The position numbers and the translations under genes were made by a program. Shown in pieces: positions 44,308 through 55,554 of a stretch of DNA of 64,000 bases. Below the pieces are notes generated by a model that saw only the letters and a list, made by a program, of their open reading frames with translations, made no database searches and had not been told where the DNA came from. Positions within the stretch are counted from its first letter, which is position 1, and every line of letters begins with the position of its first letter. The DNA comes from Rebecca billardiae RCC1528 (lineage: Eukaryota > Protista > Haptophyta): the NCBI GenBank assembly GCA_965240325.2, contig OZ251234.1:124001-188000 (forward strand). The letters are read 5' to 3'.

Positions 44308-45036
44308 GCCGAGCGCACATGGGACCGCGCCCGCTCGCGCGCACCACGCTGCACCGGCCGGGCCGGAGGCGGCGGTGACGCCAATGACGTCGCTCGTCGC
44401 ACTGGGTGCGGGCGAGGCGGCCGCGACGGTGGGCATCAGGTGCACTGCACGCCAGCTTGGCGGGCAGGGCGTCGGCGTCCGGCGTGAACACCGCCTCGAA
44501 CCTCAGCTGGACACGACGAGTCGGGCAGTCAGTGTGACAGTGTCACCGCTCCCCGACTGGCGTGACTGGGTCTGGTTCGGGACGTTCACGTTGCGACCAG
44601 ACAACGCACAGACTGAATGACGCCTGGCACCGGGCCCCGCGCTCGCGCCTTGCCGTCGGCGGCCGAGTATGGTCGGCGCTGACTCGACGCATCCGACGAC
44701 ATGCAGCAGGTTTGCAGGAGCCTGTGCCCGGCGACACTCGACAGCTTCAAAGTGAAGATTGCCACCAGAGGCAGAGAGCTAGCTAGCCCTCGCGTGCTCG
44801 GAGCCGAAACCATGCCCGCAGTAGCTGTACTTGTATCATGTCGGAAATGTATGACGCGTACAGTATGTACCCGTAGTACGGATCGCACGATGTCGTCTGC
44901 TCGCGCCCTCGTCGCGGCAGCACAGTTCACGTTCCGCGCTCGACCGCTCGTGAGAGCCCGCCGTGTGCCCATGCACCATGGCCTGAGCCTATCCGCCACG
45001 CGCATCCCCATCGCCATCGCACGCGCCCAGCCCGCG

Positions 45037-45840
45037 ATGGCCCACCCAGCAGCCGCCAGCCTGCCGTTGCGCTGGCTGCAGTGCGTGAGGGCCCCACGCG
45101 CGTTGCATAGCTCGCAGCCGCGCGCGCCCCTCACGCGCGGGCAACGGCAGCTGTCCTCGCGTGCAAAGGACCTGTACGAGGTGCTCGGCATCGATCGGCG
45201 CGCCACGTCGGACGAGATCAAGCGCGCGTACTACCGCGAGGCCAAAAAGAATCACCCTGATCTGAACAAGTCGACTGCGGCGGCCGAGCGCTTCAGGGAG
45301 GTGGCGGAGGCGTACGAGGTGCTCGGGGACGAGTCGAGGCGGCGGACGTACGACTTCTCGGGCCACACCGGCGGGCACGCCGGCGCCTCCTCCTCGCACG
45401 GCTGGGGCGAGCACCCGCACGTCGACCCGATGCACGTGTTCCGCCAGGTGTGGAGCGACCTCGGCCTCGAGGACATCGAGGCGTACTTCAAGCGCGTGGC
45501 GGACGAGGCGGGGGTCGCGATGGGCTCGGCGATGCGGGGCGAGCTCGAGCCTGCGAGCCGCTTCGCGCGCGAGCACCGCGGCCTGCTGATCAGCGTCGCG
45601 CTGCCCACCATGCTGCTGCTGCGGTACCCGGGACTGGTGGTCGTGGTCACGCGCAACGTGCTCATCTTTGCGGTCGCCTTCTTCCGCGTGCTCCCGCCGA
45701 GCATACGGCTGCAGGTGCTCTCGGGCCTCTGGGCGAACGCGGTGCGGTACCTCGAGAGTATCGCGCGCGCCTCGCGAGGGGGGGCGGCGACCGGCGGCGG
45801 GCGCGGCGGCAGCTCGGGTGGCGGCAGTAAACGGCCCTGA
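45037..45840 (+). CDS. DnaJ-domain protein with probable mitochondrial presequence and C-terminal hydrophobic segments
   Basis: DLYEVLGIDRRATSDEIKRAYYREAKKNHPDLNK...FREVAEAYEVLGDESRRRTYD (HPD motif). Start ATG is uncertain; upstream in-frame ATGs exist. Confidence 0.9.
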   Translation: MAHPAAASLPLRWLQCVRAPRALHSSQPRAPLTRGQRQLSSRAKDLYEVLGIDRRATSDEIKRAYYREAKKNHPDLNKSTAAAERFREVAEAYEVLGDESRRRTYDFSGHTGGHAGASSSHGWGEHPHVDPMHVFRQVWSDLGLEDIEAYFKRVADEAGVAMGSAMRGELEPASRFAREHRGLLISVALPTMLLLRYPGLVVVVTRNVLIFAVAFFRVLPPSIRLQVLSGLWANAVRYLESIARASRGGAATGGGRGGSSGGGSKRP

Positions 45841-46405
45841 GCCCACGACTCGCCGTGCTGCATGCAGGCCCTGGCGGCCCCGCGCCGGCCGGCGTCGGCC
45901 CCACACGGCTGCGCAGGCTGCGCGGAGCCAGAGAAGTGCGCCCTGGCGGTTACCTGCGTCTCGGCGGAGCAAACCACCGCCTGGTGTGAGCAGTGCCGCT
46001 GCGCGCCGTGATGTTGGCTCACGGATGGCGGAGCGCCTCGTTGCCAGACTCGGTGAGACTGCTGTCGTAGCAGACCCGATGTCGATGAGCGACAGACCCG
46101 CGGACTCGCGGAGCCGCGGACTCCGGAGTCCGGTGACCGGTCGTCGCCGTCACGGCGCGGGTCATGCTGAGCCTCACTCCGGACGACGCAATCAGCAGCT
46201 GACGGGCGCGGACTTGCATGACGTGACATCGATACTCATTCTCATACAGCGGCGCGCATATATGGCGGCAGCGGACGACATCGATCTAATTAGCTACTGA
46301 GAACTAGGCTATAAGGCCGTACTCACTCACTCACTGGCAGCGTACTCAGCCACTCTCACTGACTCTGAAGTCTGAGATCTGATGATGCGCATATAATTAA
46401 AAAAA

Positions 46406-46408
<3 letters not shown>

Positions 46409-46440
<32 letters not shown>
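46409..46440. repeat. (AT)16 microsatellite
   Basis: Perfect AT run in intergenic DNA. Confidence 0.95.
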
Positions 46441-46444
<4 letters not shown>

Positions 46445-46676
46445 TGACTATACAGCTGATATGTATTCGTCGTGCTGATGCAGCACCAGCGCAGCAGCAC
46501 CTACTCGTCGCGACATCAGGCTGCGTCGCGGCGCGCATTGTTTTGATCGTCGTCAGAATACGACGCATCATACGACGTGCTGCGGCGGGGCAGCCTGACC
46601 GGCTACCGTGCCGCGCGGCACTACCTGAGCTGTGGTCGCGCGTCGCAGATGCTGGGCAAGCAGCGCGGTGCTGCTG

Positions 46677-47519
46677 TCAGCCGTTGCCCATCGCGCACAC
46701 GCCGCCTTCGTCGATGCGCAGCCGGCCGCTTGCTGCGGCTGCCCCGCCAATGGCGTGTGAGACGGTGAACGCCACGCTCGCGCCCTCCTCGCTAGGGCCG
46801 TGCCCATCGGCGCCTGCGGCGGCGGCAGCCGGCGGGCGGGTCGGCAGCGGCTGCAGCACGACACGCGCCTTGGCCAGCCGAGCGAGCGCCACGCTCGCGC
46901 CGTCGCGTGCGCCGCTCTCGATCACCGCGGCGGTGCCGACGAGGACAGCCGCCCGCCGCGTGCGCAGCAACTCTGCGAGCGAAGACGCCGCGCGTTCGTA
47001 CGGGTTGGTGCTGCCTCCGGCCTCGGCCTTGTCGAGCCAGAAGCGGCTGCTGAGGCCGTCGACGATGACGAGGAGCGACCGTCCGCCCGTCAGAGCGCGC
47101 GCTCTGGCGCGCACCTGTGCCAGCGTGGCCAGGAGCTGCATGCTGTCCACGCAGCGCGCAATGGCCACGCGCTCGCAGCACGCGCTGACGCACTGCTCGT
47201 CCGCTTCCGCCCCGCCGAGGGCGCGCTGGACGCCCGCGACGATACGGTGGAGCGGCACGCGTCCGTCGAGGTCGAGGTATACCACGTCCGTCGAGCTGCG
47301 CTCGGAGGCGGGCATGGTCGCTGCGTGCGACGCGGCAGCGCACAGCAGCGCCGACTTGCCCGCGCCCGACGGGCCGTGCACCTCGACGAGCTCCCCCGGC
47401 AGCAGGCGGCCGCTGGGGAGGGCGGCGGCGAGGAAGGGCAGGCCGCACTCGATCGCGTGGCTGCGAAGGGACGCGAAGAGCTCGAGCGCCGTCTCATCCG
47501 GCCGCACAAGCGCGAGCAT
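46677..47519 (-). CDS. XRCC2: RAD51 paralogue, XRCC2-like
   Basis: N-terminal DETALELF, Walker A GELVEVHGPSGAGKS, VVYLDLDGR and Walker B LLVIVDGLSSRFW. It lacks the RAD51 N-terminal domain, as XRCC2 does. Confidence 0.8.
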   Translation of the reverse strand: MLALVRPDETALELFASLRSHAIECGLPFLAAALPSGRLLPGELVEVHGPSGAGKSALLCAAASHAATMPASERSSTDVVYLDLDGRVPLHRIVAGVQRALGGAEADEQCVSACCERVAIARCVDSMQLLATLAQVRARARALTGGRSLLVIVDGLSSRFWLDKAEAGGSTNPYERAASSLAELLRTRRAAVLVGTAAVIESGARDGASVALARLAKARVVLQPLPTRPPAAAAAGADGHGPSEEGASVAFTVSHAIGGAAAASGRLRIDEGGVCAMGNG

Positions 47520-47775
47520 CGCCGCTAGCGAGGGCTGGGCTCAGCGGCCCGCGCGCGGCCGCGCGAATGACGTTGGCCAAGCCGCAGCGGCCAGCGGCCA
47601 CCTGCCATTCTGCCAACGTCCCAGCCAAGGGCGGTACTGTATCCCAGCGCTCCCGCGGACTGTCTTGCCGACTGGATCGAAAGTTGCGGCCGAGCGCCGG
47701 ACGCACGGCTGCGAGCCTGCGACTCGCCCGACTCCCGCCTCGCGGCCGCTCGGGCGGAGAATCATCGTCCGCGCC

Positions 47776-48168
47776 ATGTGGTGGGCGTGCTGGGGATCCG
47801 TGCCGGAGACGAGTGCCGCCGAGCTGCAGCGCTTGGTGGATGCGGCCGAGAAGGAGCCGTCGGCTGCCCCTCTGCAGATCGTCGACGTCCGCACCCACGC
47901 CGAGTACACCGCTGGTCACATTCCGGGTGCGGTGCACTGCGGCCTGTGGCCGGTGTGGTCCTTCCCGAGCCGTGTCGCGAGGCTGGGCCTCGACCAGAGC
48001 CAGCCGGTGTACACCATCTGCCTGTCTGCGCACCGCAGTATCGCAGCCCAGCGCCACTTTCAGGCGGCGGGCTTCGAGGCGAGCCAACTGCAGGGCGGCA
48101 TGCTGTCGTGGCGCAGCACGCGCAACAGGCAGGTGGCGGGCAAGCAGCCCACGGCCGCGCGCGCATGA
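47776..48168 (+). CDS. Single-domain rhodanese/sulfurtransferase
   Basis: IVDVRTHAEYTAGHIPGAV, active loop ICLSAHRS, and LQGGMLSW. Confidence 0.9.
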   Translation: MWWACWGSVPETSAAELQRLVDAAEKEPSAAPLQIVDVRTHAEYTAGHIPGAVHCGLWPVWSFPSRVARLGLDQSQPVYTICLSAHRSIAAQRHFQAAGFEASQLQGGMLSWRSTRNRQVAGKQPTAARA

Positions 48169-48805
48169 CGGGCGGCTGTGGGCTGCGCTGCGAGGCCGAC
48201 GGGCGGCTGCGCCTCGCAGCGCAAGTGCACACCTGCTCGCAATATATACAGTCCGTGCGCCAGCTGTGCCGCCGCATTCTGAGTCTGAAGAGTGCGGCGT
48301 GGCAGCCGCCGAGCCGACTGTGGCTGTGCAGGCGACAACGTGCGCAGTCGTGACAGTCTAGCTGTCTGTCGGCTTAGAATGATATATATATATACGACGT
48401 CGTATATGTGGATGCGTACGACATAGCACTGATGCTGGTGTACGACGTGAGTATTATATATATCGTATAGTCACCGTCAGTACTGCGTACAGGCTACAGC
48501 AGCGTGCAGTCGTTGTGTCTTGTGATGACAATGCGTGATGTGCGGAGACGACTCAGACTCACCGTGTCGTCGTAGCTGTGCGCCCACGCGGGCCCCACGC
48601 CCGGCCGGCCGCCATACGCCGGACGCGCGATCCCGCCGACGCACGGCACGCAGCGCGTCGTCGTCGTATACATATGCCGTGCGACGCAACTGTCACGACG
48701 CGTCGCCAGCGTCGGGTGGCTGATGAGCGCGTGACGATGCTCCCGCCGCCGCTGGCAGCGCAACGCGCCGCGCGTCCCACAGGAGCCCGCGCTCCCGGCT
48801 CAGCC

Positions 48806-49402
48806 TCAGCCCACGCGCCACGCCTCCGCCTCGCGCCGGTCGGCCTCGCTGCGCTGCAGGTCGAGCAGCGGCAGCGCGACCGAGCGGAGCATCGCCTCGC
48901 CGCAGAGCGCGCACTCGCGCTCCTCGAGGCTGAGCTCCGCGCACTCCGCGCCGAGCGCGGCCTCGGCGGGCGCGGCGGCCTCGGCGCCGCCGCCCAGCTC
49001 GGCGAGCAGCGCGCGCGCCTCGGCGCGCAGGAAGGCGTGTCCGCACGGGAACAGCAGCACATCACCGCGCGCGGCGGCGCGGCGGGAGAGCGCGCGGCCG
49101 GAGGCGGCGCAGCGCTGGCCCGGGCGGAGCGGGGCGGCGCGCGCGCGCACGCGCACGAGCCGCTGTCGCAGCGCCTCGGCTGCGCGCGCCGCCTCGTCCG
49201 TCGAGTGCTTGAGCGCGTCGATGCGCGCCGAGCCCTCGTCGAGCGCCGCGCAGATCGGCTCCTGCGCACGGCAGCACGGCAGCACGGCAGCACGGCAGCA
49301 CGGCAGCACGGCAGCACGGCAGCACGGCAGCACGGCAGCACGGCAGCACGGCACGGCGCGGCACCGCGCGGCGCGGCGCGGCGCGCGTCGGCTGCGCGCA
49401 CG

Positions 49403-49434
<32 letters not shown>

Positions 49435-51694
49435 AGGGGGGAGGGGGGCGCTGCCGCGCGCCGCGCGCCGCGCGTGCGCGCACGAGCAGCTCGTCCATGG
49501 GCGCGCTGTCGGGCAGCAGCGGCAGCAGCGCTTCGAGCTGCAGGCTGCCGCCCGACTGCGGCAGCAGCGCGAGCGCCGCGCGCACCGCCTCCGCGCCGAC
49601 CGGCGCGCCGGGCGCGGGCGTGAGCACGTGCCGCGCGAGCCGGGCCCACAGCCGGCGGCGCGCGTCGGCGTCCGGCGGCGCGCGCGCGATCTCCTTGGCG
49701 AGCTCGAGCTCGTCCGCCTGCAGCGCGCACGCCAGCCCGTCCTCGTGCAACCCGAGGTCCGCGTACAGCCGAGCGGCCGCGCGGCGCAGGCCCAAGGCTT
49801 CGCACGCGCCCAGCAGCGAGCGCGCGTCCAGCGGCGGCGGCGCGCGGCGCGGCGCGGCGGGCGCGCCGGCGGCGGGCGGCGCGGCGGGGCGCTGTGCGCT
49901 GAGCAGCGCCTCGAGCTTGGGCTCGTCGCGCGCGTGCGCGTACAGCAGCGCGAGGGCGTGCCACACCGCACCCGCCTCGCAGCCCAGCTCGGCCGTGGCG
50001 TGCTCGAGGTAGCGCGTGGCGTGCGCGCGCACCGCGGCCGCGTGCGCGCTCGGCGGCGGCGCGGCGGGCGGCGCGCTCGCGGCGGGCGCGGGCGGCGGCG
50101 CGCTCGCCGCGAGGATGGCGGGCAGCAGCCGCAGCGGCTCGAGCCTCGGCGCCTTGTGCGCCATCCAGTACTCCACCGTCTCCGCGGGCGCGGCGCGCAG
50201 CAGCTCGGCCGCGTACGTGTAGTGCAGCTCAGCGTCCGCACCGCGCACGTGCGCCCGCAGCGCGCTCAGCGCGGCGTGCGCGTCGCCCGCTTGCACGTGG
50301 TGGGCCACCGCGCGCTCAACGTCGCCCGCCGCTGCGGAGAAGAGCAGCAGCTCCTTCGTCGCGCCGTGCTGCGCCAGCAGCTCCTGCGCCGCGTGCACGT
50401 CCAGCGCGGAGGTGTGCGCGGCGGCGAACGCGCTGAGCTCGTGTGAGCGCGCCGCCTGCGCGCGCTCGGCGGCGCGCGCGGCCGCGTGCGCGGACGCGTC
50501 GTCTGCGGGGCGGAGCGCCGCGATCGCCGCCGCGGCCGTCGCCTCCGCCGTCGCCTCGTCGAGCTGCGCCGCGAGCAGCTCCAGCGCCCACATGGCGAGG
50601 AGCGTGCGCTGCGTCTTGTCCGACGGCTGCGCCGCGCGCGGCGGGGGCGGGGGCGGGGGCGGGGGCGGGGCGGGGCTCGGCCGCGGCGGCGAGCGGAGCG
50701 CGGCGCGGGTGCGCGCGCGCCGGCGGCGGCGGGAAGGGCGGCGGGCGGGCGCGCGCGCGCGCGCGCGCACGGGTGTGTGCTGCAGCCGCGCCGTCACGTA
50801 ACTGATCAGAGCGCGCGCGGGGTGGTCGGGGTCTGAGGGCGACACGCCCGGCTGCGGCCGCGCGTGCAGCAGCCGCAGCGCCGCCTCCTCGAAGGAGAGC
50901 GCGTGCTGCACCCTCGCCAGCGTGAGCGCGGCCGCGTGCAGCTGCCCGTGCGCCATCGCCGCCTCGCCCTCCGCGCGCAGCACCTCGTCGCGTTGGGCCG
51001 CGCTGTGGCATGCGCGCAGCGCGGCGGCAAAGGCTCCGCGCTCGAGCAGCTGCCGCCACAGCGCGCGCCCCTCCGCGTGCACGCCCAGGCGGAAGCTGCG
51101 GCGCGCGGCCGGCCGCGGCGCGGGCGCGGGGCAGGGGCGGCGCGCGCGCGGTCGGCGCGCGCGCGCGCGCGCGCCGCGCCGGCCGCACCGCTGCGGAGCG
51201 CGGCGGTGCTGTGCGGGCGCGAGCGCGGTGCGCGCGCGCCGCGGCCGCACATGCAGGCGCCCGTCGCCGCCCAGAAGGAGGCGCGCGCGCAGTCTGCGGC
51301 GCAGGCGACGAAGGCGAGCGCCGCCTCGTCGGGCGCGCGGGCCTGCGCGGGCGCGAGCGCGCGCGGCGCGTCGAACGGATTCGTCGAGGGCGGCGGCGCG
51401 TCGAAAGGGTTCCCGCCGCCGCCGCGGATCGCGGCGCGCGCCGCCGCGGCCGCGGCCGCCTCCGTGTCCTCCGCCTCCGCGCGGCTGATGCCGAGCGCGC
51501 CCGCCGCGCGCTCGAGGTGGAAGGTGCCGGAGAAGGCCGACTCCTCGCCGAGGTGCGCGAGGGCGAGGGCGGCGTGGGCGTGGAGCACGACGGTGTGCAG
51601 CCGGGTGCACAGCACGCCGACGGGCGGCGGCGCGGGCGGCGGCGGGCGCGCGCCCACCGCCGCCGCGCCCGCCGCCGCCTGCGCGCCGCCGCGC

Positions 51695-51731
<37 letters not shown>

Positions 51732-52896
51732 GCGGCGCGGCCACGACCAGCTCGAGCGGCAGCAGCCGCGCCTCGATCACGTGCGTGCCCTCGGCGTCGG
51801 CGTCCGCGTCCGCGTGGCCCGCGCCACTCGCGCCCCGCGTGCTGCTCACGCCGGGACCCGCCGGCGCGTCCGGCGCGCCGCCCGCGCACCGCGCGCCGCG
51901 CGCGCCCGCGCCGCCGCGCACCGCCAACGTCGCGCGGTAGATGCCAACGCGGGTGAGCCAGACGACGGCGAGGGCGGCCGCGTCGTCGGCGGTGGCGGGG
52001 CCGGGCGCGCCGAGCGCGGCCGCGGGCAGCCAGCCGAGCTCGAGCCGCGAGCGCGCACCCGCGTCGGGGCAGGGCACTTCAATCAGCAGCTGCGCACCCG
52101 CCGCGCCGGGCGCGCGCAGTGATGGCGGGCCGCCCGGTGCGCCTCCGCGCTCGGCCGCCGCGCTGAGCGCGAGCTCGGCGGTGCGGCCTCGGAAGAGGAG
52201 GAGGCGGCTCGGCGTGCCGAGGAGGATGAGCACGCCGCCCGCCTCCGACGACGCCGCCGACGCGCCGCCCGCGCGCCCCACCGCCTCGACCGCGAGCGCG
52301 CACACGGGCGTGGGTGGCTCCTCGCGCAGGCTGAGCAGCTGGCGCGCGCCGCGCTCCCTGCTGCCGTCCGCGCTCAGCGTGAGCTCGTGCACGCCGCCGG
52401 CGGAGGTGCCGAGGAGCGCGGTGTCCGACGGCGCGAGCGCGCCCGCGCCCGCCGCGCCGCCGCCCGCCGCGCCCGCGCCCGCGCCCGAGCCGGGCGGCGG
52501 CGGCACCCACGCGATGCACTCGGCAGCCGAGCCGCCGCGCAGCTTGGCGAGGCGCACGGGCGCGCGAGGCTTGGCGCCGCGCGGCGCGGCGCCCGCGTGG
52601 ACGAACAGCTCGCCGCTCCGCGTGCTCAGCAGCGCGAGCGTGCCCGTCGGCTCGACGCTCAGCGCGAGCGGCGCGTCGTCCGCGCGCAGCGGCAGCTCGA
52701 GCGATTCCGCCTCGCCGCTCGAGCCGCTCACGCGCACGAGGCGAGAGCGCGAGGTGACGAGCGCGACGGCGTTGGCGGCGGCGGCGAGGAGCACGACGCG
52801 CTCCGCGACGCCGCCCGTGCTCGCCACGCGCCACACCGGCCCGTCGAGCGTGAGGAGCGGGCCCTCCGCCGGATCGTCAGGCAGCGCGGCCGCCAT
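48806..52896 (-). CDS. VPS18: HOPS/CORVET subunit VPS18 (Pep3); exons 52896-51251, 51095-50771, 50626-49484, 49261-48806
   Basis: N-terminal beta-propeller-like region, EGRALWRQLLERGAFAAAL, SFEEAALRLL, QRTLLAMWALEL, LQLEALLPLLPD and C-terminal RING LFPCGHAF...ECALCGEAMLRSVALPL. Three GT-AG introns restore the frame. Confidence 0.9.
49271..49350. repeat. (GCAGCACG)10 perfect 8-bp tandem repeat in the last VPS18 intron
   Basis: Ten exact copies. A (GA)n run follows at ~49415-49434. Confidence 0.95.
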
Positions 52897-52961
52897 GCTG
52901 CGTCGGCAGCGTCGCGCACGAGCATCCGAAGTTGTTCAGACGCATGAACGCGGCGGGAGCC

Positions 52962-53843
52962 ATGATGACGCGCCACGCACTGGCGTGCGCGCTCGCGCTC
53001 GCGTGGCCCGCCGGCGCCGCCGGCGCGGCCGTCGTGCGCATGAGCTCCAGCGCCAGCTCCAGCCCGCCCGCCCAGCCGCCGCCCCGAGGCACGGCGATCG
53101 TGACGGGTGGCGGGCGTGGGATCGGCGCAGCGTGCTCGCGCTTGCTCGCCGCGCGCGGCTACGGCGTGGTGATTGCGTACCAGAGCGACGCCGCGGCGGC
53201 GCAGTCGGTGTGCGACGAGATTTCGCAGAAGGGCGGCCTCGCGCTCGCCGCGCGCGCCGACGTCAGCGTCGACGCCGACGTCGTGTCGCTCTTCGAGGCG
53301 GCAGACGGCGCGTGGGGCGGCGGCGTGCCTCTGACGGCGCTCGTCAACAACGCCGGCTACCTCGGGCCCGGCGGGACCGACCTGGGCGTGGTTGGCGACG
53401 TGGACGCGCTGGCGCGCATCGTCGCCACCAACGTGGGCGGCCCGCTCCTCTGCTGCCGCGAGGCGGAGAAGCGCATGTCCACCAAGCGCGGCGGGCGCGG
53501 CGGCAGCATCGTGCAGATCTCGTCAGGCTCCGCTTACATTGGCACGCCGCTGCTGTACGCGGCGTCCAAGGGGGCGCTCAACTCGCTCACCATCGGGCTG
53601 GTCCGCCCGCTCACCGAGGGCGGCATCCGGATCAACACCGTCTCGCCCGGCATGACCGAGACCGACCTCGTCAGCGCCGTCAGTAAGACCTTCGACTGGA
53701 GCCAGATCCCGCTCGGCCGCATCGGCCAGCCGGACGAGATCGCCGCGGCGGTGTGCTGGCTGTGCTCCGACGAGGCCAGCTACGTCTCTGGCGCCAACCT
53801 GCGCGTCGCCGGAGGCAGGCCGCCCGGGACCACCCTCGGGTAG
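52962..53843 (+). CDS. Classical short-chain dehydrogenase/reductase with signal peptide (probably plastid-targeted)
   Basis: TGGGRGIG, LVNNAG, ISS, YAASK and RINTVSPGMTET. N-terminal HALACALALAWPAGAAG signal. Alternative ATG at 52944. Confidence 0.92.
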   Translation: MMTRHALACALALAWPAGAAGAAVVRMSSSASSSPPAQPPPRGTAIVTGGGRGIGAACSRLLAARGYGVVIAYQSDAAAAQSVCDEISQKGGLALAARADVSVDADVVSLFEAADGAWGGGVPLTALVNNAGYLGPGGTDLGVVGDVDALARIVATNVGGPLLCCREAEKRMSTKRGGRGGSIVQISSGSAYIGTPLLYAASKGALNSLTIGLVRPLTEGGIRINTVSPGMTETDLVSAVSKTFDWSQIPLGRIGQPDEIAAAVCWLCSDEASYVSGANLRVAGGRPPGTTLG

Positions 53844-54190
53844 TAGTATAGGAGTCATCTGGCTCGTGTCTGGTGCGCGACAGCGCGGCTGATGATCACC
53901 CGCAGGGTAGCCTCGGGGCCATCCGACGAATCGGCGCCAGCGCACTGCCACTTGCTCAGCCTCAGCAGTCAGCTGCCGCTGGGCCACTGACAGTGACAAG
54001 TGACAGTGACACAGCACTTGGCAGTCTCATATCAGCTAATAATAATAAGTAGTGTCTCCGCCGCCGCCATATCACTATCAGCCACTGCGCGCGATTCAGC
54101 GCTGGCGCAAGTCATTATTGATATATATATGTATATATATATGGCCACGCCACTTCATCCGCACCAGCCGCCGCCCGCCGCGGGCGCGGG

Positions 54191-55164
54191 CTAGGCGGGC
54201 GGCGGCAGCGGCGGCATGTCGAACGCGGTGAGCACGCACGGCAACGGGAAGGCGACAGACGGGCCGGGCGCGCGCGCGCGCTGCTGCACGCCCGCGAGCA
54301 CGGCCTCGAGCCGATCCGCAAGTTGCCGCGCGCTCTGCTGCTCATCGACGATGGGCGGCAGCGGCATCTCGGCGAGGAAGCCGTCGAAGTCCATCGTGTC
54401 CACCGCCGTGAGCGTGACACCGCCGCCGCCCGGGCTGTGCAGCCCGCCGCAGCCGCAGCTGCCGCCGCTGCCGCCGCGGCTGGCGCTCGCGCCGTCGCTT
54501 GGCAGCACGGCGCTGTACAGCGTGTCGATGTCGAGCGACGAGCGCGAGTCCGACGGCTCGGGCGAGCCCTGCATCACGCTCTGCAGCGCCTCGCGCATCT
54601 GCGGGTCGAACACGCCCCCATCCTCTCGGTCGCGCGCGCCGCTGTGCTCGGCATCGCGCAGCGAGAGGCACAGCAGCAGGTCAGCCAGCAGCGAGGACGA
54701 CTTGCCAAAGAGCGTCGACTTGCCCCACTCGCGCGCGAACCAGTTGGCGCCGTCGTTCGAGCGGTGCTGCTTGTCGTGCTTCTTCACGATCTTGCGCGCC
54801 GCCGTCGAGTTGAGCCGCACCCAGCTCGCGAGCTTGCACGCCTCGCTCACGAGGCACTCGTCAATCGAGTTGATCACGTCCGCGAGCGCGAGGTTGAAGG
54901 AGACCTCGAGCTCACGGAGCGAGCCGCGCAGCAGGGTGAAGAAGTTGATCTCGTCCGCCTTCTTCAGCACCTTCTTCATCTGCTTGTACGGCAGGCACGG
55001 CTGCGCCCGGCGCATGCCGCGGAGCGAGCGGCGGGTGAGAGCACGCCGACTCGGCCACCGTCTCGCGCGACGCGCGCGCGCGACGCTATGCAGCCGCGGG
55101 TGGGCGGGGCGCATACCAGGTCGAATGTCGGCGCGACCGCCTCAATTTCCTTCCCGAACTTCAT
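54191..55164 (-). CDS. SPX-domain protein; exons 55164-55117, 55000-54191
   Basis: MKFGKEI...LPYKQMKKVLK and LNSTAARKIVKKHDK are SPX phosphate-binding and lysine clusters. Intron GTATGC..GCGCAG at 55116-55001. Confidence 0.9.
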
Positions 55165-55554
55165 CCCGAGCGGCTCGCTACCGCCCGCCCTGCGCCCGGC
55201 GAGCGGCGGCGCCTCCAGCCGCGCCGGGGCCGAGGGCTCGCAGGAGCAGGGCTCACGAGCCCATCAGCTATCAAGCGGCTAATAGCTGCTGCTAAATCGT
55301 CCATACTGTATCCGATCTCTTCGCGATCTCGCGCCGGAACGGACGGGCGGCCTTTGGCCTTGGAAGGAGATTCCACGTCGTCGCATCAAAGCTCACTCGA
55401 CACGCCTGCGCCTTGACGTCACCGGCCAACGATGACGCGCCAGATTTGCGCCAAACCGGCCCCGGACCGCGACAAGTCCCGCCCATCCTGGTCGCGACAA
55501 GGACCGACCTCCCGCCCGCCGCACAACGCATCACGAACACGACTCGCCACCGGC

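Noticed and set aside
41704-47519. TIPIN + XRCC2 as a DNA-repair gene cluster
   Set aside because: They are separated by unrelated genes, and proximity is expected by chance in a gene-dense genome.
49271-49350. Regular repeat as a CRISPR-like array
   Set aside because: It has no spacers; it is a simple 8-bp tandem repeat in a eukaryotic intron.
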